NCBI GenBank assembly: GCA_964291285.2
Contig: OZ219787.1
Coordinates: 1,856,001-1,920,000, forward strand
Reading direction: 5' to 3'
Source: Alphaproteobacteria bacterium
Lineage (GTDB): Bacteria; Pseudomonadota; Alphaproteobacteria; Bin95
DNA: 64,000 nt
The notes beneath the pieces were generated by a model. That model had not been told where the DNA came from. It saw only the letters and a program-made list of their open reading frames with translations, and did not search any database. Positions 42,643-51,296 of the stretch are shown here, one piece after another. The position numbers were made by a program, and so were the translations under genes. How positions within the stretch are numbered: position 1 is the stretch's first letter; every line of letters starts with the position of its first letter.

Positions 42643-42948
42643 CTGAAGAGCCTCTGGGGTCCGTGCTCGACTCGCATGGAAAAAGCAGGATGACCCCGCA
42701 AATGAGCGGTGCCAGGTAGAGTCTCCGCTGTGGTCATGCGCCCCACTTCCGCGCGTGATGCCGTCATCTGCCGTGGCGATCCGTAACCCGTTGAAATCAT
42801 TGTGTATTCCGTCGTGCTATTATTTGCACCGCAGGGGCACCGGTGTGCTGACTCCGATCCGCGACCTCAACACGGTTCCATGAGGATAGGCCGCGATCCG
42901 GAAGCTGGCAACCGTCGGGGCAGCCGGGGGATCGGAAATCGGCGGGGC

Positions 42949-43355
42949 GCGGAGGCGTAGTCTTCCGGGTTCCTGCCGGAACCGGAGCTTGCGGAGGGCC
43001 CGGCAGGGTTCCGGATAGCGGAGCCGGTCTCGCGGCCGGTACGGGCGCCAGGGGTCATGCGGGGAGGGCAGGAACGCGAAGCGGGCGAGGGATCGCCGCA
43101 TGACCGGGAAAGGGAAACGGCCCGGGTCGGAGGCCGGTACGGAAAGGAAGCCCGACGCCTCAGGGCGCCGGGAGCATGGCCGCGACCGTCCGTCTTCCTC
43201 CTTCCCGGCCCGGGAGCGAAGCGACCTGGCGCTATGCTCCAGGCATCGCCGGCAGGCCTGCGAGGCGCAGTCTTCCGGGTTCCTGGCAGGGCCGGAGCCT
43301 GCGGAGGGCCTGGCAGGGTTCCGGATAGCGGAGCCGGTCTCGCGGCCGCTACGGG
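42949..43355. repeat. Two ~95-bp imperfect direct repeats (about 42949-43045 and 43260-43355)
   Basis: Shared AGTCTTCCGGGTTCCTG...GGCAGGGTTCCGGATAGCGGAGCCGGTCTCGCGGCCG. Confidence 0.8.
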
Positions 43356-43413
43356 ACGGCGGGAGCGGTACAGGGAAGAAGCCCCGGCGCGGGCGGCGCC
43401 GGGGCTCCGGGAA

Positions 43414-43671
43414 TCAGAACGGGACCGTGTCCGGGAGCGCATCCTCCGGCTGGCGGGCCGGGGCCGCCTCGGCGAGGTCGAACTCCTCGTCGGCGTCGAC
43501 CACCTCCGGCGTCCAGCTGCGCAGGCGCGCCCGGTGGCCCGCGCGGCGCTCGGCGGCCAGCACGCGCCGCGCGAGCTGCTCGCTCTCGCCGTAGTGGGTG
43601 ACCCGCCAGCGGGTCCCTCCAGTGTACCAGGGCAGCAGGATATCCACGGTCCAGCAAGCGTCGGCGCTCAT
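43414..43671 (-). CDS. Hypothetical protein (85 aa), acidic tail ending in PF
   Basis: AGGAG RBS, upstream conserved motif, downstream hairpin. Confidence 0.6.
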   Translation of the reverse strand: MSADACWTVDILLPWYTGGTRWRVTHYGESEQLARRVLAAERRAGHRARLRSWTPEVVDADEEFDLAEAAPARQPEDALPDTVPF

Positions 43672-43895
43672 CGTCTCTCTCCTGTTCGGGATTTGCCCCG
43701 ATCGGCCCCTTCCCCGCCTTTCGCGCCTGGCGGCCGGCACGGCGCCGGGAGCATGGCCGCTATCGCCCGCCTTTCCCTTCCCGGCCGCCCGCCGCAGGCG
43801 CTCTCCCGGCGCATCCGGCCAGGCCGGGAAGGCGCCAGGCCCCGCACCGGTACGCGGGAGATACCCGACGCCGGACGGCGTCGGGTATCCGTGGC

Positions 43896-44924
43896 TCAAG
43901 CCGGCAATCCCGCGGCATGCAGCCGGCGGCGATATTCCGGCGGGCCGAGCCGGAGGAGCTCGTCATTGGCGTCCTTCGCGCCGGGGACGATGCGCTCCAC
44001 CCGCAGCCCGGTGTCCCGGTGCGCCTTGCGGAGCGCGGCCCAGGCCTCCTCGCCGGCGCGGTCGCGGTCCTGCACCAGCGTGACGCGCTCGATGCCCGGC
44101 GGCAGGGCGACCCGGTGGATGCGCCCGGCGGACACGGCGGCCGCGATGGCGACGTGGCGGCGGCCCTCCGGTCCGAGCGCCCGGCAGACCGCGAGCGCGT
44201 CCTCCACGCCCTCGGTCAGCACCGCATGCCGCGCGCCGGCGGAAGCGGACCACCGCACGGCGCCGGAGAACAGCCGCCCGCTGGTGCGCTTCGGGTCCGC
44301 GATCCGGGCCTTGCCGCCATCCGGGGCGACGAAGATCCGCTGCAGCCCCTCCAGCGTGCCGTCCGGCGCGCGGACGGGCGCCAGCAGGGCCGGCAGCTCC
44401 CGCCTCCGCCCGTCCACCTGCACCCAGGCGTCGGGGCGGAACCGCAGGCCGGCCTCCCGCGCGTCCTCCGCCGACAGCCCGCGCGAGGCCAGATAGCGCC
44501 CGGCCGGGTCGTCGCTGCGGACCGCGCGCGAACGGGCCAGCACCGTCTCCAGGCCGGCGCTGCTCACCGGGCGGCAGGCCGCGGCGGACACCGGCGGCGC
44601 CGGGCGCTCGGCGGCGGGCAGGGCCAGGAAGCGCCGGGCCTCGCGCGCGGCCTCCCCGATCGAGCCCAGGTCGCGGGCCGCGCGGATCAGGTCCAGCGCG
44701 TCGCCGCGGTCGCGGCCGTTCGCCCAGTCCTTCCAGCGCCCGCGCAGGCGGCCCTCCAGGTTGACGCGCAGCGAACTGCCCGGCTCGCCCGCGACGCTGC
44801 CCACCTGCCAGAACGGACCCTCGCGCCGCCCGTTCGGCAGATAGCAGGCGCAGACCGCCTCGATCTCCCCCGCCAGCCGCGCCGCCAGCTCCTGCAGCGA
44901 AATCCCTCCATGCATCGCAGCCAT
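43896..44924 (-). CDS. Plasmid primase-like Toprim domain protein, copy 1
   Basis: YLPNGRR, GDALDLI, YLASRGL, LTEGVEDALA, QDRD, KDANDEL. Confidence 0.85.
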   Translation of the reverse strand: MAAMHGGISLQELAARLAGEIEAVCACYLPNGRREGPFWQVGSVAGEPGSSLRVNLEGRLRGRWKDWANGRDRGDALDLIRAARDLGSIGEAAREARRFLALPAAERPAPPVSAAACRPVSSAGLETVLARSRAVRSDDPAGRYLASRGLSAEDAREAGLRFRPDAWVQVDGRRRELPALLAPVRAPDGTLEGLQRIFVAPDGGKARIADPKRTSGRLFSGAVRWSASAGARHAVLTEGVEDALAVCRALGPEGRRHVAIAAAVSAGRIHRVALPPGIERVTLVQDRDRAGEEAWAALRKAHRDTGLRVERIVPGAKDANDELLRLGPPEYRRRLHAAGLPA

Positions 44925-45181
44925 GTCCGATCCTCCTTCCGGGCCGGGGTTCCGGAGCCGCGCCTGGCGGGCGTCAGCCCCGATATCGCCCCGACCAACC
45001 CCTTCCCGGCCTTTCGTGCCTCGCGGCCGGCACGGCGCCGGGAGCATGGCCGCGAGCGCCCGCCTCCCTGTCCCGGCCCGGCTCCACGCCTCCGGCTGCC
45101 TCCGCCCCCGATCGGGCGCGCGCGGCGGAGGGCAGGTACAGAACGATCGCCCCGACGCCGGGGGGCATCGGGGCGATCGGA

Positions 45182-45358
45182 TCAGCCGGCGTCTCCGGCG
45201 TGGTCGGGCTCCCAGGGGAACAGTGTCGCCTGGTCTCCCCAGCGGGGCAGGCTGTCCTCCAGGACGCTGTCGCGGAGGGGGAGCGCATCGAGGCCGAGCT
45301 CGGCAACGGCGTGGCGGGCGTCGAGCGCGTCGAAGGCGGGGTCCAGCAGGGCGGTCAT
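45182..45358 (-). CDS. Small hypothetical protein (58 aa, MTALLDPAF...; below the ORF-track cutoff)
   Basis: GAGG/AGGA RBS; conserved motif 61 bp upstream. Confidence 0.45.
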   Translation of the reverse strand: MTALLDPAFDALDARHAVAELGLDALPLRDSVLEDSLPRWGDQATLFPWEPDHAGDAG

Positions 45359-45407
45359 GTCCTAAATCCTCTCGGTTCGCGGTCGCGGACCGGGATGGCC
45401 GCGATTC

Positions 45408-46157
45408 CGCCCGGACAACCCCTTCCCCGCCTTTCCTGCCTTGCGGCCGGCACGGCGCCGGGCCATGGGGCAACGGCCGGCCGCCGCGGAACCGTTCCGG
45501 GCCGCCCGGCAGCGGGGACGGCCCGGCACGGGGCAACGAAAAACGCCCCGGGCCGGAGCCTCGGGGCGCTGAACGGGGGCAAGGAAAAACCCCGGCGCGG
45601 AGGCCGGGGTCGGGGGGACGGCTATTCGGCGGCGGCCGGCGGCGGGCCGCTGTCGGGGGCGTTCCGCCTCAGGAAGTAGCGCTCGAGCAGGTCGAGCTTG
45701 GCCGCCATGGCGCTGACGGCGACCTCCAGGGCGCGCAGGCGCTGATCGAAGCCGTCCATGCGCTGGTCAAGCCGGTCCATGCGCTGGTCAAGCCGGTCCA
45801 TGCGCTGGTCAAGCCGGTCGATGCGCTTGCCGAGGTCCATGCGGAGCCAGGCGATGAGCGCGATGGTGATCGCGGGCGTCGCCCATGGGGCGAGTTCGGC
45901 TGCGGTCATGGTGCCGCTCCTTTCGGTGGGGGATTGTAGCACGGCGGGACGCCGGAGCGAGGCCCGCAATACTGCCCGGACAAGCCCTTCCCCGCCTTTC
46001 CTGCCTCGCGGCCGGCACGGCGCCGGGACCGTGGCAACGGCCGGCCGCCGCGGAACCGTTCCGGGCCGCCGGCAGCGGGGACGGCCGGCACGGGGCAACG
46101 AGAAACGCCCCGGGCCGGAGCCTCGGGGCGCTGAACGGGGGAACGAAGAAACCCCGG
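45408..46157. repeat. Two ~185-bp direct repeats (about 45408-45595 and 45974-46157) flanking one gene
   Basis: Near-identical sequence from GCCCGGACAA to AAACCCCGG. Confidence 0.88.
45622..45909 (-). CDS. Small TM plus heptad-repeat coiled-coil protein (95 aa)
   Basis: AAGGAG RBS; RLDQRMD x3 from a 21-bp tandem repeat at 45754-45816. Confidence 0.75.
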   Translation of the reverse strand: MTAAELAPWATPAITIALIAWLRMDLGKRIDRLDQRMDRLDQRMDRLDQRMDGFDQRLRALEVAVSAMAAKLDLLERYFLRRNAPDSGPPPAAAE

Positions 46158-46177
46158 AACCCGAAGGTTCCGGGGTG
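46146..46177 (-). terminator. Intrinsic terminator-like hairpin; similar ones near 43375, 45585, 47612 and 49031
   Basis: ACCCCGGAACC-loop-GGTTCCGGGGT followed by TTCTT on the minus strand. Confidence 0.65.
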
Positions 46178-46187
46178 GGTGACAGCA

Positions 46188-47399
46188 TCACCAGCTGGCG
46201 AAGCGGGCCATGGGGGCGGCGTCGGTGACGATCTCGACATCCTCGAGCGTGAGCTTTGCATAGGCGAGTGCGGCCGCGAGTTCCTGCAAGGTGTCCCAGG
46301 TGCCGTGATCGGTACCGGTCGCGATCTCGATCACGGTGTACCGGGACGGCAGATCGGGCATGCCGCGATACTCACGGGAGCGCTGCCTGTCCCGGCACGG
46401 CCCGCAGTCCAGCGTGCCGCGTTCCGGGGGCCGTTCGCCGCAGCGGACGCAGAGGCCGGCGGCCCTTCTGCGGGCGGACCGGCGGCGCCAGTTGCGAAGC
46501 GAGGTCAGCCGGGTGTGCTGCCGGCAGCTTTCGCAGGTGTCGAATTCGGGAAGCGCCGGGGTATCGCCGCAACGCGTGCAGAGCCCCCGGGCGCGGCGCG
46601 CGGCTGCCATGCGGTGGTATCCGGCGAGGCTTTGCTTGCGGCGCCGGTCCCGGCAAGGGGCGCAATAGGGGCTGTCCGGAAACGGGGGCCGTTCGCCGCA
46701 GCGGACGCAGAGGCCGGCTGCCCTTCTGCGGGCCGACCGGCGGCGCCAGTTGCGAAGCGAGGTCAGCCGGTCGTGCTGACGACAGCTTTCGCAGGTGTCG
46801 AATTCGGGAAGCGCCGGGGTATTGCCGCATCTCTTGCAGAGCCCGGCCGTGGCGCGCTGTTCGGCGAGCTTGCGGGGGCGGTCTTCGGAGCAGTCCGGGC
46901 ACAGCCGGATCCCCGCTTGCAGCACCGGGATGCCGCAGCCCTGGCAGAAGCGGCGTTTCTCCCGGGGGACGCGGGTCTTGCGGTCGTATTTCTTCCGGTT
47001 GTCGAGACACGGCTGGCACGCGGAACGATCCGGAGCCGGCGGCCGGTCGCCGCATCGCGGACACAGCCCCTTCGACGCGCGTTCGGCGCGGCGGGCGCGG
47101 AGCATGTCCCGCGTCCGGCGGGCGTGGATGTCGCCGCAGGGCTTGCAGCGGCGCCGCCCGGGCGCCGGGGGCGTCATGCCGCAATCGAGGCACAGGCGCA
47201 GCAGGGAGCGGCGAAGCTTCCGGCGCCGGTTGCCCTCACGGGCTGCGTCGAGGCAGGGGCGGCAGTTCACGCGGCCGGCCTCGGGCGGACGGTCGCCGCA
47301 ATGGGAACACAGGCCCGCCGCCCGGCGCGCGTTGCGCGTCCGGTCGCTGCGGCGGACAGGGTTCCCGGTGTCGGCGGGTGGATGCGGTTTGCTGGTCAT
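46188..47399 (-). CDS. Tandem C4 zinc-ribbon repeat protein (8 fingers)
   Basis: Eight CxxCG-x10-CxxC units separated by Arg-rich linkers. Confidence 0.8.
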   Translation of the reverse strand: MTSKPHPPADTGNPVRRSDRTRNARRAAGLCSHCGDRPPEAGRVNCRPCLDAAREGNRRRKLRRSLLRLCLDCGMTPPAPGRRRCKPCGDIHARRTRDMLRARRAERASKGLCPRCGDRPPAPDRSACQPCLDNRKKYDRKTRVPREKRRFCQGCGIPVLQAGIRLCPDCSEDRPRKLAEQRATAGLCKRCGNTPALPEFDTCESCRQHDRLTSLRNWRRRSARRRAAGLCVRCGERPPFPDSPYCAPCRDRRRKQSLAGYHRMAAARRARGLCTRCGDTPALPEFDTCESCRQHTRLTSLRNWRRRSARRRAAGLCVRCGERPPERGTLDCGPCRDRQRSREYRGMPDLPSRYTVIEIATGTDHGTWDTLQELAAALAYAKLTLEDVEIVTDAAPMARFASW

Positions 47400-47654
47400 C
47401 GCGGCTCCCGGCGTGTCGGTAGCGGGCGCGGCCCGGGCCGAACGGGGGGAAGCCGATCGGACGGCCGGGCGCAGGACTCACGCTGCAAACCCCTTCCCGA
47501 CCTTGGGGCTGCAAGGAGCGCCGCCGCGGGAGCGGTGGCCAGCGGAGAGCAATGGCGCCGGCGAAGACAGACGGGTTCCCCGCCCCGGGACGGCATGCGA
47601 GGGGAAAACGGAAAAGCCCCGGAACCCGCAGGCTCCGGGGCGGAGGGCGCGCCA

Positions 47655-48068
47655 TCAGGCGGAGAAGTCCTCGTAGGCTTCCGGGGGCGGCGCCGGCGGC
47701 CGGTTGCCGCCGCCGTCCGGCTTCCTGTCGAGGAAGTTGATGCAGCCGCGCGGGCCGACGACGATCTCGGTGGCGAACCGGTCGCTGTCCTCGCCGTCCT
47801 TGCGCCAGCTCCGGGTGCGCAGCATCCCGGTGATGTGCGCCAGGCGGCCCTTGGCGGCGTGCTTGCGCAGCATCTTCACCAGGCCGTCCTGGTAGACGGC
47901 GATCCGGTGCCACTCGGTCCGCTCGACATACTCGCCGCTCTGGCGGTCCTTGTAGACCGTGTTGGTGGCGAGGGAGAAATTGGCGACGTCGCCGCCGCCG
48001 GGCAGGCTGCGGAACTCGGGGTCGCCGCCCAGGTTGCCGATCAGGTCGACGCGATTGAGGCCGTTCAT
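47655..48068 (-). CDS. ssb: Single-stranded DNA-binding protein
   Basis: LNRVDLIGNLGGDPE, FSLAT, TEWHRI, G.LRTRSW; AGGGAG RBS. Confidence 0.93.
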   Translation of the reverse strand: MNGLNRVDLIGNLGGDPEFRSLPGGGDVANFSLATNTVYKDRQSGEYVERTEWHRIAVYQDGLVKMLRKHAAKGRLAHITGMLRTRSWRKDGEDSDRFATEIVVGPRGCINFLDRKPDGGGNRPPAPPPEAYEDFSA

Positions 48069-48177
48069 GGCGTTTGCTCCCTGCAGGAGGTTGATTGCGA
48101 GCTGTTGCAACTCACCGCGAAAAGCCCCTTCCCGACCTTTGCGGCGTCGATGCCGCCGAAGGCCGGGAAGGAGGAGC

Positions 48178-48389
48178 AGGCACAGTCGCAGGAGGGAGCG
48201 GCGCCGCCTCCGGCGCCGGTCTTTTTCGTTGTGGATGTCCAGACAGGGACGGCAGGACGTGCGGCCCTCTTCGGGCGCGCGGTTGCCGCAAGTGCCGCAG
48301 AGGCCGGCAGCCAGGCGGGCATTGCGCTTGCGGGGGGCGAGGCCCGGCCGACTGGCGCAATCGTCCGGCGCGCGGGCGGTGCAGGTCAT
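48178..48389 (-). pseudogene. Truncated paralog of the zinc-ribbon repeat gene, reading in frame into ssb
   Basis: AAGLCGTCG...CRPCLD...RRSLLRLCL matches the N-terminus of 46188-47399, then breaks. Confidence 0.65.
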
Positions 48390-48470
48390 GGCAATACCCC
48401 GTGGAACGGAACGATGGAAGGGGAGCGGGCCGCGCGGCGCCCCCGGAGGAGCGCCGCCCGAAGGACCGGC

Positions 48471-48782
48471 TCAGGACCGCTTGCGCCGGGCCTCGGCGAA
48501 GAGGCCGGTCGCCAGGTCGCCCCAGTACTGGATGCCGGAGCCGGCGGTCTTCTCGCCCTTGCAGATCAGGATCTCGTTGCGCGCCGGACGCAGCGCGCGC
48601 ACGGTCGCCAGCGACAGGGTGAGCGGGTGGCCCTTGCCGCCCGGCAGCCGGCGGATCTCGCCGTCGATCGTCGTGCGGTAGCGCTCGACCACATAGTGCC
48701 TGTCCTGCAGGCCGCGGCCGAAGACGTGCGTGAGGAAGGTGTTCGCATCGGGGCGAAGGACGGACGCATTGGCAGCGCTCAT
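48471..48782 (-). CDS. Hypothetical protein (103 aa)
   Basis: AGGAG RBS and upstream motif. Confidence 0.65.
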   Translation of the reverse strand: MSAANASVLRPDANTFLTHVFGRGLQDRHYVVERYRTTIDGEIRRLPGGKGHPLTLSLATVRALRPARNEILICKGEKTAGSGIQYWGDLATGLFAEARRKRS

Positions 48783-49091
48783 GTGCGATTTCTCCTGTTC
48801 GGGAAACGGGCGCGGGAGCCGGTCGGACGGCCGCCCGCGGGAATCGCACCGAAAACCCCTTCCCGACCTTTCGGACGGCAGGCCGGCAACGCCGCCCGCC
48901 GGGAAACGGCAGCCGGTCGCACAGGGGAGGCCGCAACGGCCCGGAACGCCGGGGGCGGATTGCGGGAGATGGCAGCCGGGATGCCGGCGGAAAGCCCGAT
49001 GGCGGATCGATGCCGCGGGCAGGCCACCATGAAAAACCCCTCCCCGGCCTGTCGCCGGGGAGGGGCGGGAACGGCGCCAGCAGAGACCCGG

Positions 49092-49601
49092 CTACTGCGC
49101 CGGAGCGGACTCCGGGGCGGCAGGCGCCGGTTGCGGCGCCCCGGGGAAACGGGCGCGCACGAAACCGAGAAGTTCGCGATGGTTGGCGCGGTTTTCGGCG
49201 ACGCCGGCGGCCAGACGCTCCATGGCGGCCGCCTGTCGCGCCTCCGCCGCCTCGCGCTTCGCCTCGCCCGCCGCAAGGTCCGCCTTCACCCCGTCAATCC
49301 GGGCAGACAGGCGTTTCTCGGTTTCCGTCAGGTCCGCCTTCACCTCGTCGATCCGGTCGGTCAGGCGCTTTTCCACCCGGTCGATCCGGGCGCTGAGGCC
49401 GGTCTCGACCCCACCGATCTGAACGGTGAGACGCCGTTCGACCCCGTCGATGCGGATGTCGAACCAGGCCAGCATGCCGACCAGAAAGGCCAGGAAGACG
49501 CCCAGCACGGTGGCGGAGGGCAGGATCGCCTTCCAGCTGCCGTCGCCAACGACGAAAATGCCGCGCTGCGGGGCCGGGGGGGTGGTATCGGGAGAGGTCA
49601 T
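49092..49601 (-). CDS. TM plus coiled-coil repeat protein (169 aa)
   Basis: TM helix followed by RIDxVExxL repeats; AGGAG RBS. Confidence 0.72.
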   Translation of the reverse strand: MTSPDTTPPAPQRGIFVVGDGSWKAILPSATVLGVFLAFLVGMLAWFDIRIDGVERRLTVQIGGVETGLSARIDRVEKRLTDRIDEVKADLTETEKRLSARIDGVKADLAAGEAKREAAEARQAAAMERLAAGVAENRANHRELLGFVRARFPGAPQPAPAAPESAPAQ

Positions 49602-49773
49602 GGCCTCGTCTCCTGTCTGTCGGGAGTATGGGATCGGAACGCGCCGAAGGCAAGCCGCGCGCGCCCCGGCGCACCCGGAAAAACCCCTTCCCGACCTTCC
49701 GGCGCCGGACCGGGAACCGACGCGCCGGCGGGGAGGCTCCGGACTTCGCGGCCGCGGCGCTGCCGCCCGCCTG

Positions 49774-50790
49774 TCAGTCGAACAGCCCGCTGGCCGCGAG
49801 CCAGGCGCGGAACCGGGCGGGCCCGAGCGCCAGCAGCTCGTCATTGGCGTCCTTCGCGCGGGGGACGATCCGGTCGAGCAGCATGGCGGAACCGGCATGC
49901 TCCCGGCAGAGCGCGACCCAGGCGCTCTCGCCCGCCGGGTCGCGGTCCTGGACGAGGGTCGCGCGCCGGACGCCCGCGGGCAGGCCGACGCGGTGGACGC
50001 GCCCGGCGGAGAGCGCGGCGGCAACGGCGATATCCCGGCGCCCGCCCGCGCCGAGCGCCCCCGCCATGGCGAGCGCGTCCTCGACGCCCTCGGTCAGCAC
50101 CAGGCGGCGCGCGTCGTCCGCCGGCCACCAGACGGCGCCCGTAGATAGGCGCCCGCTGGTGCGCTTCGGCCCCTCGATCGGGGCCTTGCGCCCCTCGCCG
50201 GTCAGGAATATTCGCTGCAGGCCCTCCAGCGTGCCGTCAAGGGCGCGGACCGGCGCGAGCAGGGCCGGCAGCTCGCGCTTCCCGCCGTCCACCTGCACCC
50301 AGACATCGGGGCGGAACCGGAGGCCTGCGGCATGGGCGGCCTCCGGGGCCAGGCCGCGGGAGGCCAGATAGCGCCCGGCCGGATCGTCGGGCCGGACCGG
50401 CGCCGCGCCCTCGAGAACCCGTTCGAGTCCCCTCTGCCTCTCCGGCGGCGCGCCGTCCTGCCGGCGGGGGCGCTCATACTCCGGCAGGGCGAGGAAGCGG
50501 CGCGCCTCGTCGGCCGCCTCGCCGATCGTGGCGAGGCTGCGGACGGCGCGGATCAGGTCCAGCGGGCTGCCCCGGTCCTTCGGGCTCGCCCAGTCCCTCC
50601 AGTAGCCGCGCCAGCGTCCGGCGAGGTTCACCCGCAGCGAGGCGCCCTCCTCGCCGGCCGTGCTGCCCACCTGCCAGAAGTTGCCGTTGCGCCTGCCGTT
50701 CGGAAGGTAGTGGCGGCAGACCGCCTCGATATCGGCCGCGAGCAGGGCGGACAGTTCCTTCAGGCTGTGGGTTGTCGGATCGGAGGGCAA
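49774..50790 (-). CDS. Plasmid primase-like Toprim domain protein, copy 2
   Basis: Full-length paralog of 43896-44924. Confidence 0.85.
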   Translation of the reverse strand: MPSDPTTHSLKELSALLAADIEAVCRHYLPNGRRNGNFWQVGSTAGEEGASLRVNLAGRWRGYWRDWASPKDRGSPLDLIRAVRSLATIGEAADEARRFLALPEYERPRRQDGAPPERQRGLERVLEGAAPVRPDDPAGRYLASRGLAPEAAHAAGLRFRPDVWVQVDGGKRELPALLAPVRALDGTLEGLQRIFLTGEGRKAPIEGPKRTSGRLSTGAVWWPADDARRLVLTEGVEDALAMAGALGAGGRRDIAVAAALSAGRVHRVGLPAGVRRATLVQDRDPAGESAWVALCREHAGSAMLLDRIVPRAKDANDELLALGPARFRAWLAASGLFD

Positions 50791-50854
50791 GGCGCGGCCT
50801 CCCCTTTCCCCGGCCGTCCCGGCGCTGTCGCCGGGACGGCCTTGCGCGCGGCGC

Positions 50855-51217
50855 TCAGAACGGACGGATCCTGCAGAGTTCCGGATCGCGGCGCCCGCGC
50901 TCGTAGTTGAGCACCGCCCAGGCCGCGATCTCGAGCGCGGCCAACAGCGGGATTTCCATGCGCCCGGCCTGCTCCTTCGCGAAATGGAACGCCGCCTCGA
51001 GCGCGGTCTCGTCGATGGCGAGGTTGAAGCCGGACTCCCGCCCGAGCCTGGCGGTCAACTCGGAGAGCTTCTGGAGGTCACAGGTCCGCGGGCGAGGCTC
51101 GAAAGCCGGGCCCGGATCGGGCAGCGGCTCGTAGTCGTACTCGTGGAAGTCCTCGTCCGGATCCTCCCAGGCGTGCCAGTCCCGGCAGTAGCCCTCGAAG
51201 TCGATGACGTTGGACAT
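50855..51217 (-). CDS. Hypothetical protein (120 aa)
   Basis: AGGAGG RBS; acidic N-terminus. Confidence 0.6.
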   Translation of the reverse strand: MSNVIDFEGYCRDWHAWEDPDEDFHEYDYEPLPDPGPAFEPRPRTCDLQKLSELTARLGRESGFNLAIDETALEAAFHFAKEQAGRMEIPLLAALEIAAWAVLNYERGRRDPELCRIRPF

Positions 51218-51296
51218 GCGCGTGTTCCTCCTGCGAAGTTGAGACGCCGGCCGGTCGGGGCCGGCACAGGGGCCGGGCTTTCCTTGTCTGCGGCGT

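Larger units (their letters stand above)
43706..49700 (-). promoter_or_regulatory. Dispersed conserved upstream motif (minus strand ~AAGGYSGGGAAGGG), at least 8 copies
   Basis: Plus-strand CCCTTCCC(C/G)(G/A)CCTT near 43706, 44999, 45419, 45985, 47490, 48125, 48856 and 49684, each 35-91 bp upstream of a minus-strand start. Confidence 0.75.
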
